A DNA stretch of 61,390 nt, counting the filler. It is 4 parts of 4 records of this genome, joined end to end, with 100 filler letters (N's around TTAATTAATTAA, not from the genome) between each part and the next. Parts side by side here need not be neighbours in the genome. Positions count along the whole stretch, not along the records: positions 26,362 to 47,192 come from SRR22947725_7843; positions 47,293 to 61,390 come from SRR22947725_7844; 2 more parts are not named here. One strand, 5' to 3'. A model generated the notes under the pieces. That model was not told the DNA's origin, ran no database searches, and saw nothing but the letters and a program-made list of their open reading frames with translations. Every line of letters starts with the position of its first letter. Position 1 is the stretch's first letter. This document shows positions 42,287-53,171 of this stretch, piece by piece. Position numbers and translations under genes: made by a program.

Positions 42287-43852
42287 ATGCGTATTTTAAG
42301 TATAGTTATCTGTGTTTTGATTGGTGTTTGTAGTGCAAATGAAAAGATGAATGTCGTTTTATTGACGGTGGATGATATGAATGCCGATTCGATTGGAGCT
42401 TTTGGCTGTAAAGTAAAAGGGACAACACCGAATATTGATAGCTTTGCTAAAGACTCTTTTCGATTTAACTATGCTCACGTTCACGCCACGAGTTGTATTC
42501 CATCGCGAAATGCTATAACGAGTGGGCGCTATCTTTATAACAGCGGAGTCGAAGGCTTTTATACTTTGCCGAAAGATCAGGTGACATTTGAAACCATTCC
42601 CGAAGTGCTGCGTAAAAATGGTTACTTTACGATGATTCGCGGCAAATCTCATCACTCTTATCCGTATGTGCCGTTCCCGGCATTTGATATTAATTTTGAT
42701 GATATTTTGAAAGAGAAAAAAGAAAATATTCGTCATCCCGAAACTTTTTATCGTTACACAAAAATGGGCATAGAGGCAGCAGGGAAAGCGGGTAAGCCAT
42801 TCTTCTTTTCGATGGATATTCACGATCCTCATACAGGCTATTATAATTGGGACAAGAAGAGTTCTAAGCCGGGAATGAATAAGGAAGACAAGGATAACGC
42901 TCCAAGTCGGATTTTTACTGCAGATGAAATTGTCGTCCCTGGATTTTTACCGAGTACGCCTTTGGTGAAGCAAGAGATGGCGGCTTATTATTCTACAGTT
43001 CGCCGTGCCGATGATTCTTTTGGTCAGGTTATTCGCGCTTTGAAGGAAAAAGGGCAGTATGAAAAAACGCTATTTATTTTTTTGTCGGATCACGGGATGC
43101 CAGAGCCTTTTGCGAAAACAGCAAATTATTATCACAGCTCGCATACACCTTTGACAGTTCGTTGGCCAGGATCTACGAAAGCAGGGGCCGTTGATAATGA
43201 TCATATGATTGGTACGATAGACATTTTCCCGACAATACTCGAGGCTCTGGGGCTTAAAGAGATTGCCGGTTTAGATGGCCGTTCTTTTGCTTCTATTCTC
43301 AAAGGAGCCAAGCAGGATGGCCGCGATTATGTTTACACTATGTATGAAGAAAATGTCGGGGGTAATCGTCAGCCTACGCGTTCTATAATTAGCAAGGATT
43401 TCGCTTATATCTGCAATATCTGGTCCGATGGTAAACGCAGATTCTCTTCTGCGACGAAAGGCATGGCCGCTTATGATGAGATGCGGCGCCTAGCGAAGGT
43501 AGATGAAAGGTTTAGTGACCGTTTGCAGCTTTACAATCATCGGGTTCCAGAAGAACTTTACAATTATGAGAAAGATCCAGATGCTCTAAAGAATGAAGTC
43601 GCTAATCCAGAATTTAAACAGACCTTAGCGAAGTTGCGCACAGTTATGCAAAAATTTATGGCAGAGAGTAACGACCCTTTAAAAGAGCTTTTTATTAATC
43701 GTGAAGATAAGCAGAAAGTAGCTGCTCATCTTGCTACCGTAGATGCAGAATCAAAGGTTCGTCGTATGAGTGCCGAGTATTCGCGTAATGGTAAAGCTAA
43801 AATTCGAGAGGATAAAAAGAAAAAGAAAGCTAAGAACAAGTCACAGAAATAG
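42287..43852 (+). CDS. Sulfatase (formylglycine type, sulfamidase-like)
   Basis: Signal peptide, NVVLLTVDD, TPNID, CIPSR....SGRY, DPH, SDHG, EELY...DP....N. Lys-rich C-terminus. Confidence 0.93.
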   Translation: MRILSIVICVLIGVCSANEKMNVVLLTVDDMNADSIGAFGCKVKGTTPNIDSFAKDSFRFNYAHVHATSCIPSRNAITSGRYLYNSGVEGFYTLPKDQVTFETIPEVLRKNGYFTMIRGKSHHSYPYVPFPAFDINFDDILKEKKENIRHPETFYRYTKMGIEAAGKAGKPFFFSMDIHDPHTGYYNWDKKSSKPGMNKEDKDNAPSRIFTADEIVVPGFLPSTPLVKQEMAAYYSTVRRADDSFGQVIRALKEKGQYEKTLFIFLSDHGMPEPFAKTANYYHSSHTPLTVRWPGSTKAGAVDNDHMIGTIDIFPTILEALGLKEIAGLDGRSFASILKGAKQDGRDYVYTMYEENVGGNRQPTRSIISKDFAYICNIWSDGKRRFSSATKGMAAYDEMRRLAKVDERFSDRLQLYNHRVPEELYNYEKDPDALKNEVANPEFKQTLAKLRTVMQKFMAESNDPLKELFINREDKQKVAAHLATVDAESKVRRMSAEYSRNGKAKIREDKKKKKAKNKSQK

Positions 43853-43878
43853 AGTCTTGAGTCTCTACTTTGACGTTG

Positions 43879-44427
43879 TTAGAGCTTTTTTGCGAAGTTT
43901 TTATCGACTTTAAGTAATTCCGCAAAACTTGAGACTTGTTGATGTTTGCAAAGTTCCAAGCCTAAACGAGCACAGGCAAGTGCATCGGATGCGGCGTTGT
44001 GGTGCTGAAGCTCAAAGTTAAAGTGCTGACAAAGAGTGTCTAGTTTGTGATTGTAGTGTTGTGGCCAAAGTTTCTTAGCCATACGCATGGTACAACTATA
44101 CGTTGCTTGGGGTTTTTGCAGACCGTAAGCTTCGAGGGTTTTGCGCAAGACGCTCATGTCGAAAGCGGCGTTGTGAGCGATTAGAACTCGGTCTTTTATA
44201 TATTCAGCGATCTCTGGCCAACTTTGATCAAAAGTGGGCTTGTTGTAGACATCTGCCATAGTAAGTCCATGAACCATAGTGTTCATATAGTCAAAACCGC
44301 CGATAGGCTTAAATAACCAATAGTTAGTCTCGAGAATCTGCTGATTGTCAATGAGACTGACGCCTAAAGCACAGGCACTGTTTCTTTGGGAGTTGGCAGT
44401 TTCGAAATCGAGTGTTGCGACTTTCAT
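43879..44427 (-). CDS. DEDDh 3'-5' exonuclease (DnaQ/PolC-epsilon-like)
   Basis: LDFETAN, AHNAAFD, CT, HHNAASDA.AC. Confidence 0.92.
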   Translation of the reverse strand: MKVATLDFETANSQRNSACALGVSLIDNQQILETNYWLFKPIGGFDYMNTMVHGLTMADVYNKPTFDQSWPEIAEYIKDRVLIAHNAAFDMSVLRKTLEAYGLQKPQATYSCTMRMAKKLWPQHYNHKLDTLCQHFNFELQHHNAASDALACARLGLELCKHQQVSSFAELLKVDKNFAKKL

Positions 44428-44550
44428 AGAGGCTATCTTTTTATTGATTCATTTAATGAAAATATGAAAGATAAACTGAGTAATGCAATCGGGGGATTGT
44501 TCTAAGTTTACTGAAGCTGAGAGATTTTTTTTTTAATATTTTTTCGAAGC

Positions 44551-44578
44551 TGTCACCGTTTGCACTTTCATACCCGTA
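44551..44578 (+). promoter_or_regulatory. Putative ECF-type promoter TGTCAC-N18-CGTA
   Basis: Same TGTCACCGTTT as at 42226; upstream of the two-sulfatase operon. Confidence 0.5.
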
Positions 44579-44630
44579 AGAACTGAGCAGATAAGAAATT
44601 AACTCTAATTATTTGCGAGGAATTTATATT

Positions 44631-46067
44631 ATGAAATGGCTGACATTTTTCTTTTGTCTTCTCAGTGGTCATTCAGTATTTGCTGATAAGCCAAATATTA
44701 TTATCATTATGGCAGACGACATGGGGGCGGAGTGCATTGGCGCTCATGGAAGCTTAGATTACAAAACCCCTCATCTTGATGCTATGGCCAGTCGCGGTCT
44801 GAAATTTAACAATTGTCACTCTATGCCGATATGTACGGCTTCTCGTGTAAAAATGATGACAGGTCGTTACAATTTTAAAAACTATCAAGGTTTTGGCCTT
44901 TTGCCTTCGTCAGAGACGACCTTCGGCACACTTATGAAAAATGCCGGTTACACTACTTGTATGACAGGCAAGTGGCAGCTCGGAGGAGATTCAAAGTCAC
45001 CACATGAATTTGGTTTTGATGAGTATTGTCTACTCAATGGTATAGTCCCCAAAGAAAACTACGATCGGAGTAGTCGAGGAAGAGAACGTTATTGGGGGAA
45101 GCCAGCAGTCGTCGCCAATGAAAAACTCTATGAATCAGATGAGAATTTTGGCCCAGATATGATTTCGGAGTATGCCGTTAACTTTATCAAGAAACGAAAA
45201 GATAAACCATTTTTTCTTTATTATCCGATGGTGTTGCCTCATTCGCCATTTGCACCGACTCCCTTATCGAAAAGTGGCGATAAAACTGGCAAGAAGATTA
45301 GTGAACTAAAGTACTTTCCAGACATGGTGCAGTATGTAGATGTCTTGGTCGGTCGTGTTATTAAGGCCCTTGAAGATAGCGGTCAGCGCGAAAATACCAT
45401 CGTTATGTTTACTGGAGATAACGGTACGACTTATCCTGTAAATATCACCAAGGCTTCAGCACAAGATTTGGCCATACTTTATACAGGAGGTCATAAAGCA
45501 GGAGCAGGGAAAGAAGGGCCTATAACAAATACGACTTACGGTAAGGTTCCCGGGGGAAAGGATCTTATGAAAAAGCGGGGTACACATGTACCTATGATTG
45601 TCGAGTGGCCTAAGTATAACGACTCCTATAAAGGGGCGAGACATAGCGTTGATGACCTTGTTGACTTTACGGATTTTATGGCGACCATTCTCGAACTTGG
45701 CGGTACTACCTCACACGGAGACGGAGTGTCTTTTGCTAAGCGTTTAAAAGGCGGAGCCGCTTCTACAAGGGAGTTTATCTTTTGTCATTATTGGTATTTC
45801 GGCCGGGATGCCAGTCGCGGTCGAGACGCAATACACGATGGTCGTTGGAGACTCTATAATAATGGTGACTTTTTTGACACCCAAAAAGATCCAGAGGAAG
45901 CGTTTGCATTAGCCGAAGATACTCTTTCACAAGAAATTCTTGAAGTTAAAAATGAGTTAGCGGCTCACTATACCAAGTTGCGCCAACTACCTCTTCCCAA
46001 TGAATTCCATACGGCTATGCCGAAGCCCGTCAAGAAGAAGAAATCTAAGAAAGGAAAGAAAAAATGA
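44631..46067 (+). CDS. Sulfatase (arylsulfatase A-like)
   Basis: Signal peptide, KPNIIIIMADDMG, CTASR...MTGRY, GKWQLG, PH.P, GDNG. Lys-rich C-terminus. Confidence 0.93.
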   Translation: MKWLTFFFCLLSGHSVFADKPNIIIIMADDMGAECIGAHGSLDYKTPHLDAMASRGLKFNNCHSMPICTASRVKMMTGRYNFKNYQGFGLLPSSETTFGTLMKNAGYTTCMTGKWQLGGDSKSPHEFGFDEYCLLNGIVPKENYDRSSRGRERYWGKPAVVANEKLYESDENFGPDMISEYAVNFIKKRKDKPFFLYYPMVLPHSPFAPTPLSKSGDKTGKKISELKYFPDMVQYVDVLVGRVIKALEDSGQRENTIVMFTGDNGTTYPVNITKASAQDLAILYTGGHKAGAGKEGPITNTTYGKVPGGKDLMKKRGTHVPMIVEWPKYNDSYKGARHSVDDLVDFTDFMATILELGGTTSHGDGVSFAKRLKGGAASTREFIFCHYWYFGRDASRGRDAIHDGRWRLYNNGDFFDTQKDPEEAFALAEDTLSQEILEVKNELAAHYTKLRQLPLPNEFHTAMPKPVKKKKSKKGKKK

Positions 46068-47192
46068 AAAGTATTTTACTACTTCTGTTCTCATTAATTT
46101 ACAGTTCGTCTGCTACAGAGAAACCCAATGTTATTTTAATTCTTGCTGACGATATGGGCTTTGGCGATGTTGGTTATCATGGCACTCGCAAAACTATAAT
46201 CACTCCCAATATAGATCGCATTGCCGCCGATGGCGTTCAGTTTACCCAGGGCTATGCGTCGGCATCAGTTTGCGGCCCATCGCGTTCTGGTTTGTTGACA
46301 GGAGTTTATCAGCAGCGTTTTGGCTGTGGAGAGAACATGACGGCGACAGGCTATCCAGATAACATGAAGTATCCCATGTCAGGCGTCCCGCGCAGTCAAT
46401 CAATGGTTTCTGAAATGTTTAAAGCGAAAGGTTATAAGACAGGCATGGTTGGTAAGTGGCACCTTGGTATGGATAAGACTCTACAACCTTGTGGTCGCGG
46501 TTTTGATTTTTATTTTGGTTTCCTAAATGGTTCACATGATTATACCGCTTGGACAAATAAGTTTTCTAAAGGTAAAGGCAAGTGGCCGGTGTTTAGAAAT
46601 TTTGCTATGGAACCACCTCAAAAAGATATCTATCTGACGGATATGTTTTCGGATGAAGCGGTGAACTTTATAGATAAAAATGCCGCAGAACCTTTTTTCC
46701 TTTACATGGCTTACAATTCAGTCCATGCTCCATGGCAGGTTCCAGATAAGTACATTGAGAGAGTTAAGCACTTAAGTGCGGTCAAAGATACACAGGTTTT
46801 TGCTGGTATGGTTTTGGCAATGGATGACGGGATTGGCCGTGTTCTGGATAAACTTGAAGAGAAGAAGATTACCGAGAAAACAATTGTCATATTTTTAACA
46901 GATAATGGCACACCAAGAGGTCAAGGGCTTAAGGCTGGTAAAAAAAGTGATCACCAAAAAAGAGGCGATCATCTTATGTCGAGTCCTGCCACTTTAAGAG
47001 GTTTTAAAGGCGATACTTATGAAGGAGGGGTTCGCATTCCTATGGCAATGAAATGGCCAGGTGAAATAAAAGCTGGCTCTAAGTATGAATTACCGGTGAG
47101 TGCATTAGATGTTGTGCCGACGGTTTTAGCTCCACTAGCGATTACGGCTCCAGCGCAAGGCTTTGCTTTTGATGGTGTCGACCTTTTGCCTT
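46064..47192 (+). CDS. Sulfatase (3' truncated)
   Basis: KPNVILILADDMG.GD, CGPSRSGLLTG, GKWHLG, DNG, RGFKG..YEGGVR.P. Confidence 0.93.
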
Positions 47193-47292
47193 NNNNNNNN
47201 NNNNNNNNNNNNNNNNNNNNNNNNNNNNNNNNNNNNTTAATTAATTAANNNNNNNNNNNNNNNNNNNNNNNNNNNNNNNNNNNNNNNNNNNN
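47193..47292. other. Artificial contig linker
   Basis: N44-TTAATTAATTAA-N44. Confidence 0.99.
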
Positions 47293-47544
47293 AAGGCCCG
47301 TGAGGTCAAAAGAGCAAAATTAGCCGCAAAGTACGCCGATAAGCGCGCTGCCTTAAAAGCGGCAGGTGATTACGACGCATTACAAAAGCTTCCTAAAAAC
47401 GCATCTCCTGTACGTGGTCATAACCGCTGTAAACTAACAGGTCGTCCAAAAGGATATATGCGTCAATTTGGACTCTCTCGTGTAATGTTCCGTGAGATGG
47501 CAAATAAGGGGTTAATTCCTGGAGTTAAAAAAGCAAGCTGGTAA
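47293..47544 (+). CDS. rpsN: 30S ribosomal protein S14 (5' truncated)
   Basis: KAREVKR...[30 protein letters not shown]...PGVKKASW*. Confidence 0.95.
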   Translation, partial: KAREVKRAKLAAKYADKRAALKAAGDYDALQKLPKNASPVRGHNRCKLTGRPKGYMRQFGLSRVMFREMANKGLIPGVKKASW

Positions 47545-47554
47545 ACAAAGAATT

Positions 47555-47953
47555 ATGAATACAGATCCAATTTCAGATTATTTAACGCGAATTAGAAACG
47601 CAAACAGTGCAGGGCATCGTGTGGTTTCCATTCCAGCGTCTAAATTAAAGCTTGAAATCACTAAAATTTTGTTTGATCAAGGGTTTATCTTGAGTTACAA
47701 ACATGAAGATGATACCGTTCAAGGAAGTATTAAGATTGCATTAAAATATGACAGGTTAACAAAAGAGCCTGTGATTAAAAAATTGCAACGCATCAGTACT
47801 CCGGGTTTGCGTAAATATTCAGCTTCAACGGGAATTCCACGCGTTCTTAACGGATTAGGTGTTGCAATTATTTCTACATCTCACGGGGTGATGACTGGAA
47901 AGCAAGCGAAACAAGATAATGTAGGTGGTGAAATCATTTGCTACGTACACTAA
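47555..47953 (+). CDS. rpsH: 30S ribosomal protein S8
   Basis: [29 protein letters not shown]. Confidence 0.98.
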   Translation: MNTDPISDYLTRIRNANSAGHRVVSIPASKLKLEITKILFDQGFILSYKHEDDTVQGSIKIALKYDRLTKEPVIKKLQRISTPGLRKYSASTGIPRVLNGLGVAIISTSHGVMTGKQAKQDNVGGEIICYVH

Positions 47954-47967
47954 TAAAGAAAAGAATT

Positions 47968-48510
47968 ATGTCAAGAATTGGTAAAAATCCTATTACAATC
48001 CCAGAGGGCGTTACTGTCGACATTCAAGCCGACGTAGTTACTGTTAAGGGTAAGTTGGGTGAGTTGTCTCAAACATATGATTCCATTAGCATTTCTCAAG
48101 AAGATGGTCAGGTACTACTTACGCGTCCTTCAGAAAGCAAGGCACATAAAGCCAAGCATGGACTCTATCGCGCACTTATTGCCAACATGGTAGAGGGTGT
48201 TGTTACAGGATTTACAAAAGAATTAGAATTGGTTGGAGTAGGATATCGTGCTTCCAATCAAGGTCAGAAATTAGAACTTGCCCTTGGATTTTCGCACAAT
48301 ATCGTGTTTGAACTTCCTGTAGAAGTTAAATTAGAAACAATTTCTGAAAAAGGTAAAAATCCTATTATCAAACTGAGCTCTTACGACAACCAATTGGTTG
48401 GTTCTATTGCTGCGAAGATTCGTTCGTTCCGCAAGCCTGAACCATACAAAGGAAAAGGAGTCAAGTTTGTAGGAGAAGAAATTAGAAGAAAAGCAGGTAA
48501 ATCTGCATAA
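47968..48510 (+). CDS. rplF: 50S ribosomal protein L6
   Basis: MSRIGKNP, GVGYRA, RKPEPYKGKG. ATG at 47968. Confidence 0.98.
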   Translation: MSRIGKNPITIPEGVTVDIQADVVTVKGKLGELSQTYDSISISQEDGQVLLTRPSESKAHKAKHGLYRALIANMVEGVVTGFTKELELVGVGYRASNQGQKLELALGFSHNIVFELPVEVKLETISEKGKNPIIKLSSYDNQLVGSIAAKIRSFRKPEPYKGKGVKFVGEEIRRKAGKSA

Positions 48511-48521
48511 GAAGTAGGGAT

Positions 48522-48878
48522 ATGAAAATGAATAAAACCCAACGTAGACAACGCATTCAAAAGCGCTTCCGAGACACTGTTCTTGGTACTGCTGATACGC
48601 CTCGCATGTCTATTTTTAGAAGTAATAAAGAAATTTATGCTCAAATCGTCAACGACGAAACGGGAGTTACCCTAGCGGCCTCCTCTTCTCGAGATAAAGA
48701 CTTTGCTGAGCATAGCGGGACTAAAGTCGAATTAGCACAAAAGGTTGGAAAGGCTATTGCCGAGAAAGCCAAAGCAGCAGGAGTTTCTGCAATTCGATTT
48801 GATCGCGGAGGTTATTTGTATCATGGTCGTGTAAAGTCACTAGCTGACGGTGCACGCGAAGCAGGATTAAAATTTTAA
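48522..48878 (+). CDS. rplR: 50S ribosomal protein L18
   Basis: [22 protein letters not shown]. Confidence 0.98.
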   Translation: MKMNKTQRRQRIQKRFRDTVLGTADTPRMSIFRSNKEIYAQIVNDETGVTLAASSSRDKDFAEHSGTKVELAQKVGKAIAEKAKAAGVSAIRFDRGGYLYHGRVKSLADGAREAGLKF

Positions 48879-48880
48879 GT

Positions 48881-49405
48881 ATGTATCAAGATTATAAAAA
48901 TGTAGAATTTGTAAAACCAGGTGGTCTCGATTTGAAAGACCGATTGGTTGGTGTACAACGTGTAACTAAAGTAACAAAAGGGGGGCGTGCTTTCGGATTC
49001 TCTGCTATTGTTGTTGTTGGTGATGAAAACGGCGTTGTAGGTCAAGGACTTGGTAAATCCAAAGAGGTTGCTGAAGCAATTTCAAAAGCTGTTGAGGATG
49101 CAAAGAAGAACTTAGTACGTATTCCAATTAACAAAGGAACGATCCCTCATGAGCAAAAAGGCAAATTTGGTGGTGCCCGTGTTTTTATAAAGCCGGCATC
49201 TGAAGGTACTGGAGTTATTGCTGGTGGTGCTGTTCGTGCAGTACTTGAAGCCGTTGGCGTTCATAACGTACTGTCAAAATCTCAAGGATCTTCTAACCCA
49301 CATAACGTGGTTAAAGCTACCTTTGACGCATTATTACAACTACGTGACGCTAACACTGTTGCAAAACAACGTGGTATTTCATTAGATAAAGTGTATAACG
49401 GATAA
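48881..49405 (+). CDS. rpsE: 30S ribosomal protein S5
   Basis: [18 protein letters not shown]. Confidence 0.98.
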   Translation: MYQDYKNVEFVKPGGLDLKDRLVGVQRVTKVTKGGRAFGFSAIVVVGDENGVVGQGLGKSKEVAEAISKAVEDAKKNLVRIPINKGTIPHEQKGKFGGARVFIKPASEGTGVIAGGAVRAVLEAVGVHNVLSKSQGSSNPHNVVKATFDALLQLRDANTVAKQRGISLDKVYNG

Positions 49406-49408
49406 GCT

Positions 49409-49588
49409 ATGGCAAAGATAAAAGTCACACAGGTTAAGAGTTACATCAAACGTCCAGAAGATCAGAAGCGTACGCTTCAAGCTTTGGGGTTACATAAAAT
49501 TGGTCAAGTTGTTGAGCATGATGACACAGCCTCGATCAAGGGAATGATTAACAAAGTAAAACATTTGGTATCTGTCCAAAACGCATAA
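49409..49588 (+). CDS. rpmD: 50S ribosomal protein L30 (59 aa; absent from the ORF track)
   Basis: MAKIKVTQVKSYIKRPEDQKRTLQALGLHKIGQVVEH...GMINKVKHLV. Confidence 0.96.
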   Translation: MAKIKVTQVKSYIKRPEDQKRTLQALGLHKIGQVVEHDDTASIKGMINKVKHLVSVQNA

Positions 49589-49589
49589 T

Positions 49590-50045
49590 ATGGAATTAGG
49601 AAATTTAAAACCTGCTAAAGGTTCAGTTAAAGGGGCAAGCAAACGCCTAGGTAGAGGCCAGGGTTCTGGTACTGGTGGTACTGCATCACGTGGACACAAG
49701 GGTGCAAAATCACGTTCTGGATATTCTAAGAAAATTGGTTTTGAAGGAGGTCAAATGCCACTTCAACGTCGTGTTCCAAAGTTTGGTTTCACCAATATCA
49801 ACCGCAAGGAGTATGCAGGGATCAATTTGGATCGATTACAGACACTTGTAGATGCTAAAAAAGTTAAAGGCACTATTGATCTTGATGCCATGATTTCGTT
49901 ACGTTTAGTTGGTAAAAACGACTTGGTTAAAATTTTAGGACGCGGAGAATTATCTGCAAAATTAAAAGTAAGTGCACATAAATTTACAGCTACAGCCAAA
50001 GCAGCTATTGAAGCAGCTGGTGGGGAAGCTATTACGGTAGAATAA
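49590..50045 (+). CDS. rplO: 50S ribosomal protein L15
   Basis: GRGQGSG, GFEGGQMPLQRR.PKFGF. Confidence 0.98.
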   Translation: MELGNLKPAKGSVKGASKRLGRGQGSGTGGTASRGHKGAKSRSGYSKKIGFEGGQMPLQRRVPKFGFTNINRKEYAGINLDRLQTLVDAKKVKGTIDLDAMISLRLVGKNDLVKILGRGELSAKLKVSAHKFTATAKAAIEAAGGEAITVE

Positions 50046-51398
50046 ATGAAACGATTTTTTGAAGTTTTATCGAGTATTTGGAAAATAGAGGAGTTGAAGT
50101 CTCGTATTGGGATTACGCTTGGACTCTTGATTGTTTACCGTATAGGTGCTCAGGTTGTATTACCTGGTATTGATCCGGTTCAGCTTTCAGAACTTGCTAA
50201 CCGTACTGGTGGCGGAGGGCTTCTAAATGTACTTAATATGTTTACGGGTGGCGCTTTTGCTAATGCATCAATTTTCGCCCTTGGTATTATGCCTTATATC
50301 TCGGCTTCTATTGTTGTCCAACTTATGGGTATTGCCGTTCCATACTTACAAAAACTTCAGAAAGAAGGCGAAAGTGGTCGTCGTCGAATTAATCAAATTA
50401 CCCGTTGGCTTACTATCGCTATCTGTCTATTTCAAGCTCCGGCATACCTGTATTCCTTAGGGGCATTGGGTGTTCCAGACTCTGCTTTTATTTTAGGTAA
50501 AGGAGTTGGCTTTATTGTTCCATCTGTGATCATCTTAGTTACAGGAACTATTTTTGCCATGTGGCTTGGTGAAAAAATTACTGATAAGGGAATAGGAAAT
50601 GGGATATCGTTATTAATTACCGTTGGTATTGTAGCTACATTACCTATGTCGTTTGCACAGGAATTTGTTTCACGTGTAACAGAAAACAACGGCGGACCAA
50701 TTGTTATTTTAATTGAAATTATTGTTTGGATTGCAATCAATGCTATTTGTATTTTATTGGTTATGGCTGTTCGTCAGATTCCAGTACAGTACGCACGAAG
50801 AACTGCCTCAGGTGGTATTGACAAAAACCAAATGGGTGCACGCCAGTACATCCCCTTAAAACTTAATGCATCAGGTGTAATGCCAATTATTTTTGCTCAA
50901 GCACTTATGTTTGCTCCAGCAGCATTAGGACGCTTTGCTGGTGATAGTAGTGTGGGACAATGGCTTCAGGCCTCTTTCTCTGATATTTTTGGACTATGGT
51001 ACAATATCTTATTTGCTGTTCTTATTATAGTATTTACTTATTTCTATACAGCAATTACGGTACCAACTAATAAAATGGCTGACGATTTAAAGCGTAGTGG
51101 TGGATTCGTTCCTGGGGTTCGTCCTGGAACTGAAACTGCTGATTTTCTAGATCGCATTATGTCACAAATCACATTTCCCGGCTCACTGTTTTTAGCAGCT
51201 GTTGCCATATTACCTGCAGTGGTATATCATTTATTTGGTATGCAACAAGGATGGGCTCTGTTTTATGGTGGAACGTCGTTATTGATTATGGTTGGAGTTG
51301 CAATGGATACCATACAACAAATCAATGCATATTTATTGAATCGTCATTATGACGGATTAATGAAATCAGGAAATAAACGTAAAACAGCAGGAGTATAA
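50046..51398 (+). CDS. secY: Preprotein translocase SecY
   Basis: [39 protein letters not shown]. Confidence 0.99.
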   Translation: MKRFFEVLSSIWKIEELKSRIGITLGLLIVYRIGAQVVLPGIDPVQLSELANRTGGGGLLNVLNMFTGGAFANASIFALGIMPYISASIVVQLMGIAVPYLQKLQKEGESGRRRINQITRWLTIAICLFQAPAYLYSLGALGVPDSAFILGKGVGFIVPSVIILVTGTIFAMWLGEKITDKGIGNGISLLITVGIVATLPMSFAQEFVSRVTENNGGPIVILIEIIVWIAINAICILLVMAVRQIPVQYARRTASGGIDKNQMGARQYIPLKLNASGVMPIIFAQALMFAPAALGRFAGDSSVGQWLQASFSDIFGLWYNILFAVLIIVFTYFYTAITVPTNKMADDLKRSGGFVPGVRPGTETADFLDRIMSQITFPGSLFLAAVAILPAVVYHLFGMQQGWALFYGGTSLLIMVGVAMDTIQQINAYLLNRHYDGLMKSGNKRKTAGV

Positions 51399-51613
51399 TG
51401 GCTAAGCAAGCAGCAATAGAACAAGATGGCCAAATTATCGAGGCGCTTTCAAACGCAATGTTCCGCGTTGAGTTAGAAAATGGTCACGTGGTTACGGCGC
51501 ATATTTCTGGTAAAATGCGAATGCACTATATTAAGCTTCTCCCTGGAGATAAAGTAAAATTAGAGATGTCACCTTATGATTTGACGAAGGCGCGCATCAC
51601 GTATAGATATTAA
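51398..51613 (+). CDS. infA: Translation initiation factor IF-1
   Basis: [20 protein letters not shown]. Confidence 0.98.
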   Translation: MAKQAAIEQDGQIIEALSNAMFRVELENGHVVTAHISGKMRMHYIKLLPGDKVKLEMSPYDLTKARITYRY

Positions 51614-51616
51614 ACT

Positions 51617-51733
51617 ATGAAAGTAAGAGCATCACTAAAAAAAAGAAGCGCAGACTGCAAGATTGTACGTCGCAAGGGACGCTTATACGTAATCAACAAA
51701 AAGAACCCTAGGTTCAAACAAAGACAAGGATAA
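51617..51733 (+). CDS. rpmJ: 50S ribosomal protein L36 (38 aa; absent from the ORF track)
   Basis: [38 protein letters not shown]. Confidence 0.97.
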   Translation: MKVRASLKKRSADCKIVRRKGRLYVINKKNPRFKQRQG

Positions 51734-51735
51734 TT

Positions 51736-52110
51736 ATGGCTAGAATTTCTGGAGTAGATATTCCCAAACAAAAAAGAGGACTTATTTCCCTCACCTATAT
51801 ATATGGGGTTGGACGCAGCCGCGCTAAAGAGATTTTGGCAAAAGCTGATGTTGATGAAAATAAAAAAGTAACTGAGTGGAATGACGACGAGATTGGTCGC
51901 ATTCGTGATGCTGTTTCTTCGTTTACTATCGAAGGAGAGCTTCGCTCAGAAACGCAACTTAACATCAAGCGTTTGATGGATATTGGATCGTTTCGTGGTA
52001 TTCGCCACCGTGTAGGTTTACCTCTTCGTGGTCAACGTACCAAAAACAATTCACGTACCCGAAAAGGAAAGCGCAAGACAGTTGCCAACAAAAAGAAAGT
52101 AACGAAATAA
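51736..52110 (+). CDS. rpsM: 30S ribosomal protein S13
   Basis: [22 protein letters not shown]. Confidence 0.98.
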   Translation: MARISGVDIPKQKRGLISLTYIYGVGRSRAKEILAKADVDENKKVTEWNDDEIGRIRDAVSSFTIEGELRSETQLNIKRLMDIGSFRGIRHRVGLPLRGQRTKNNSRTRKGKRKTVANKKKVTK

Positions 52111-52122
52111 AGCAATTGAATT

Positions 52123-52506
52123 ATGGCTAAGACAAGTTCAAAAAAGCGTAAAGTTGTGGTGGAAGCCTTTGGTGAAGCTCACATTACCGCATCGTTTAAT
52201 AACATCATCGTTTCGCTGACCAATAACAAAGGCGAAGTGATATCATGGTCTTCTGCCGGTAAAATGGGCTTTAGAGGATCAAAGAAAAACACCCCCTATG
52301 CTGCGCAGCTTGCTGCCGAAGATGCCACCAAAGTAGCCCAAGAAGCTGGACTACGGAAGGTTAAGGTATTTGTGAAAGGACCGGGTAATGGACGTGAGTC
52401 TGCTATTCGTACCATACACAACGGAGGCGTAGAGGTAACCGAAATTATTGATGTGACGCCAATGCCGCACAATGGATGTCGTCCACCAAAAAGACGTAGA
52501 GTTTAA
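52123..52506 (+). CDS. rpsK: 30S ribosomal protein S11
   Basis: [28 protein letters not shown]. Confidence 0.98.
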   Translation: MAKTSSKKRKVVVEAFGEAHITASFNNIIVSLTNNKGEVISWSSAGKMGFRGSKKNTPYAAQLAAEDATKVAQEAGLRKVKVFVKGPGNGRESAIRTIHNGGVEVTEIIDVTPMPHNGCRPPKRRRV

Positions 52507-52561
52507 TACTAACCCGCTGGCGAAGGATAGACCTTAATTCTCAGCACCTAATTTTATAACA

Positions 52562-53167
52562 ATGGCAAGATATACCGGTCCTAAGACAAAAATCGCACGT
52601 AAATTTGGCGAAGCTATTTTCGGCGATGACAAGTCTTTTGAAAAACGTAACTACCCTCCAGGGCAACACGGAAACAACCGTCGCAGACCCAAAAAATCAG
52701 AATATGCAATCCAGTTAATGGAGAAGCAAAAAGCGAAGTTTACCTATGGTATCCTTGAGCGTCAATTCCGCAACCTGTTTCTTAAGGCAAATGCGAGTAA
52801 AGGCGTAACAGGTGAGGTATTACTTCAATTTTGTGAAACCCGTTTAGATAACTTGGTTTATCGTCTTGGAATTGCATCAACAAGGAGTGCTGCACGTCAG
52901 TTTGTAGGCCACCGTCACATTACTCTCAACGGAGAAATCATGAATATTCCTTCTTGTCAAGTTAAAGTTGGCGATGTTATTGGTGTTCGTGAAAAATCAA
53001 AATCTCTTGAAGTTATTGAGCGTTCATTATCTGTTGCTAATCACGATTCAGAGTGGTTGACATGGAATGATGCAACACTAGAAGGCACATTGGTATCCGT
53101 TCCTACCCGTGAGCAAATTACAGAAAACATAAAGGAACAACTAATCGTCGAATTGTACTCAAAATAA
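52562..53167 (+). CDS. rpsD: 30S ribosomal protein S4
   Basis: MARYTGP, PPGQHG, EKQK, E.RLDN.VYR. Confidence 0.98.
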   Translation: MARYTGPKTKIARKFGEAIFGDDKSFEKRNYPPGQHGNNRRRPKKSEYAIQLMEKQKAKFTYGILERQFRNLFLKANASKGVTGEVLLQFCETRLDNLVYRLGIASTRSAARQFVGHRHITLNGEIMNIPSCQVKVGDVIGVREKSKSLEVIERSLSVANHDSEWLTWNDATLEGTLVSVPTREQITENIKEQLIVELYSK

Positions 53168-53171
53168 TCCT

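Noticed and set aside
44631-46067. CTASR instead of CxPxR as a sign of an inactive sulfatase
   Set aside because: CxAxR is a known functional variant, and the metal-binding and GKW motifs are intact.
11606-47292. Repeated TTAATTAATTAA as a biological repeat, or eukaryote-bacterium gene transfer
   Set aside because: It is embedded in fixed-length N runs and is a synthetic six-frame-stop spacer.
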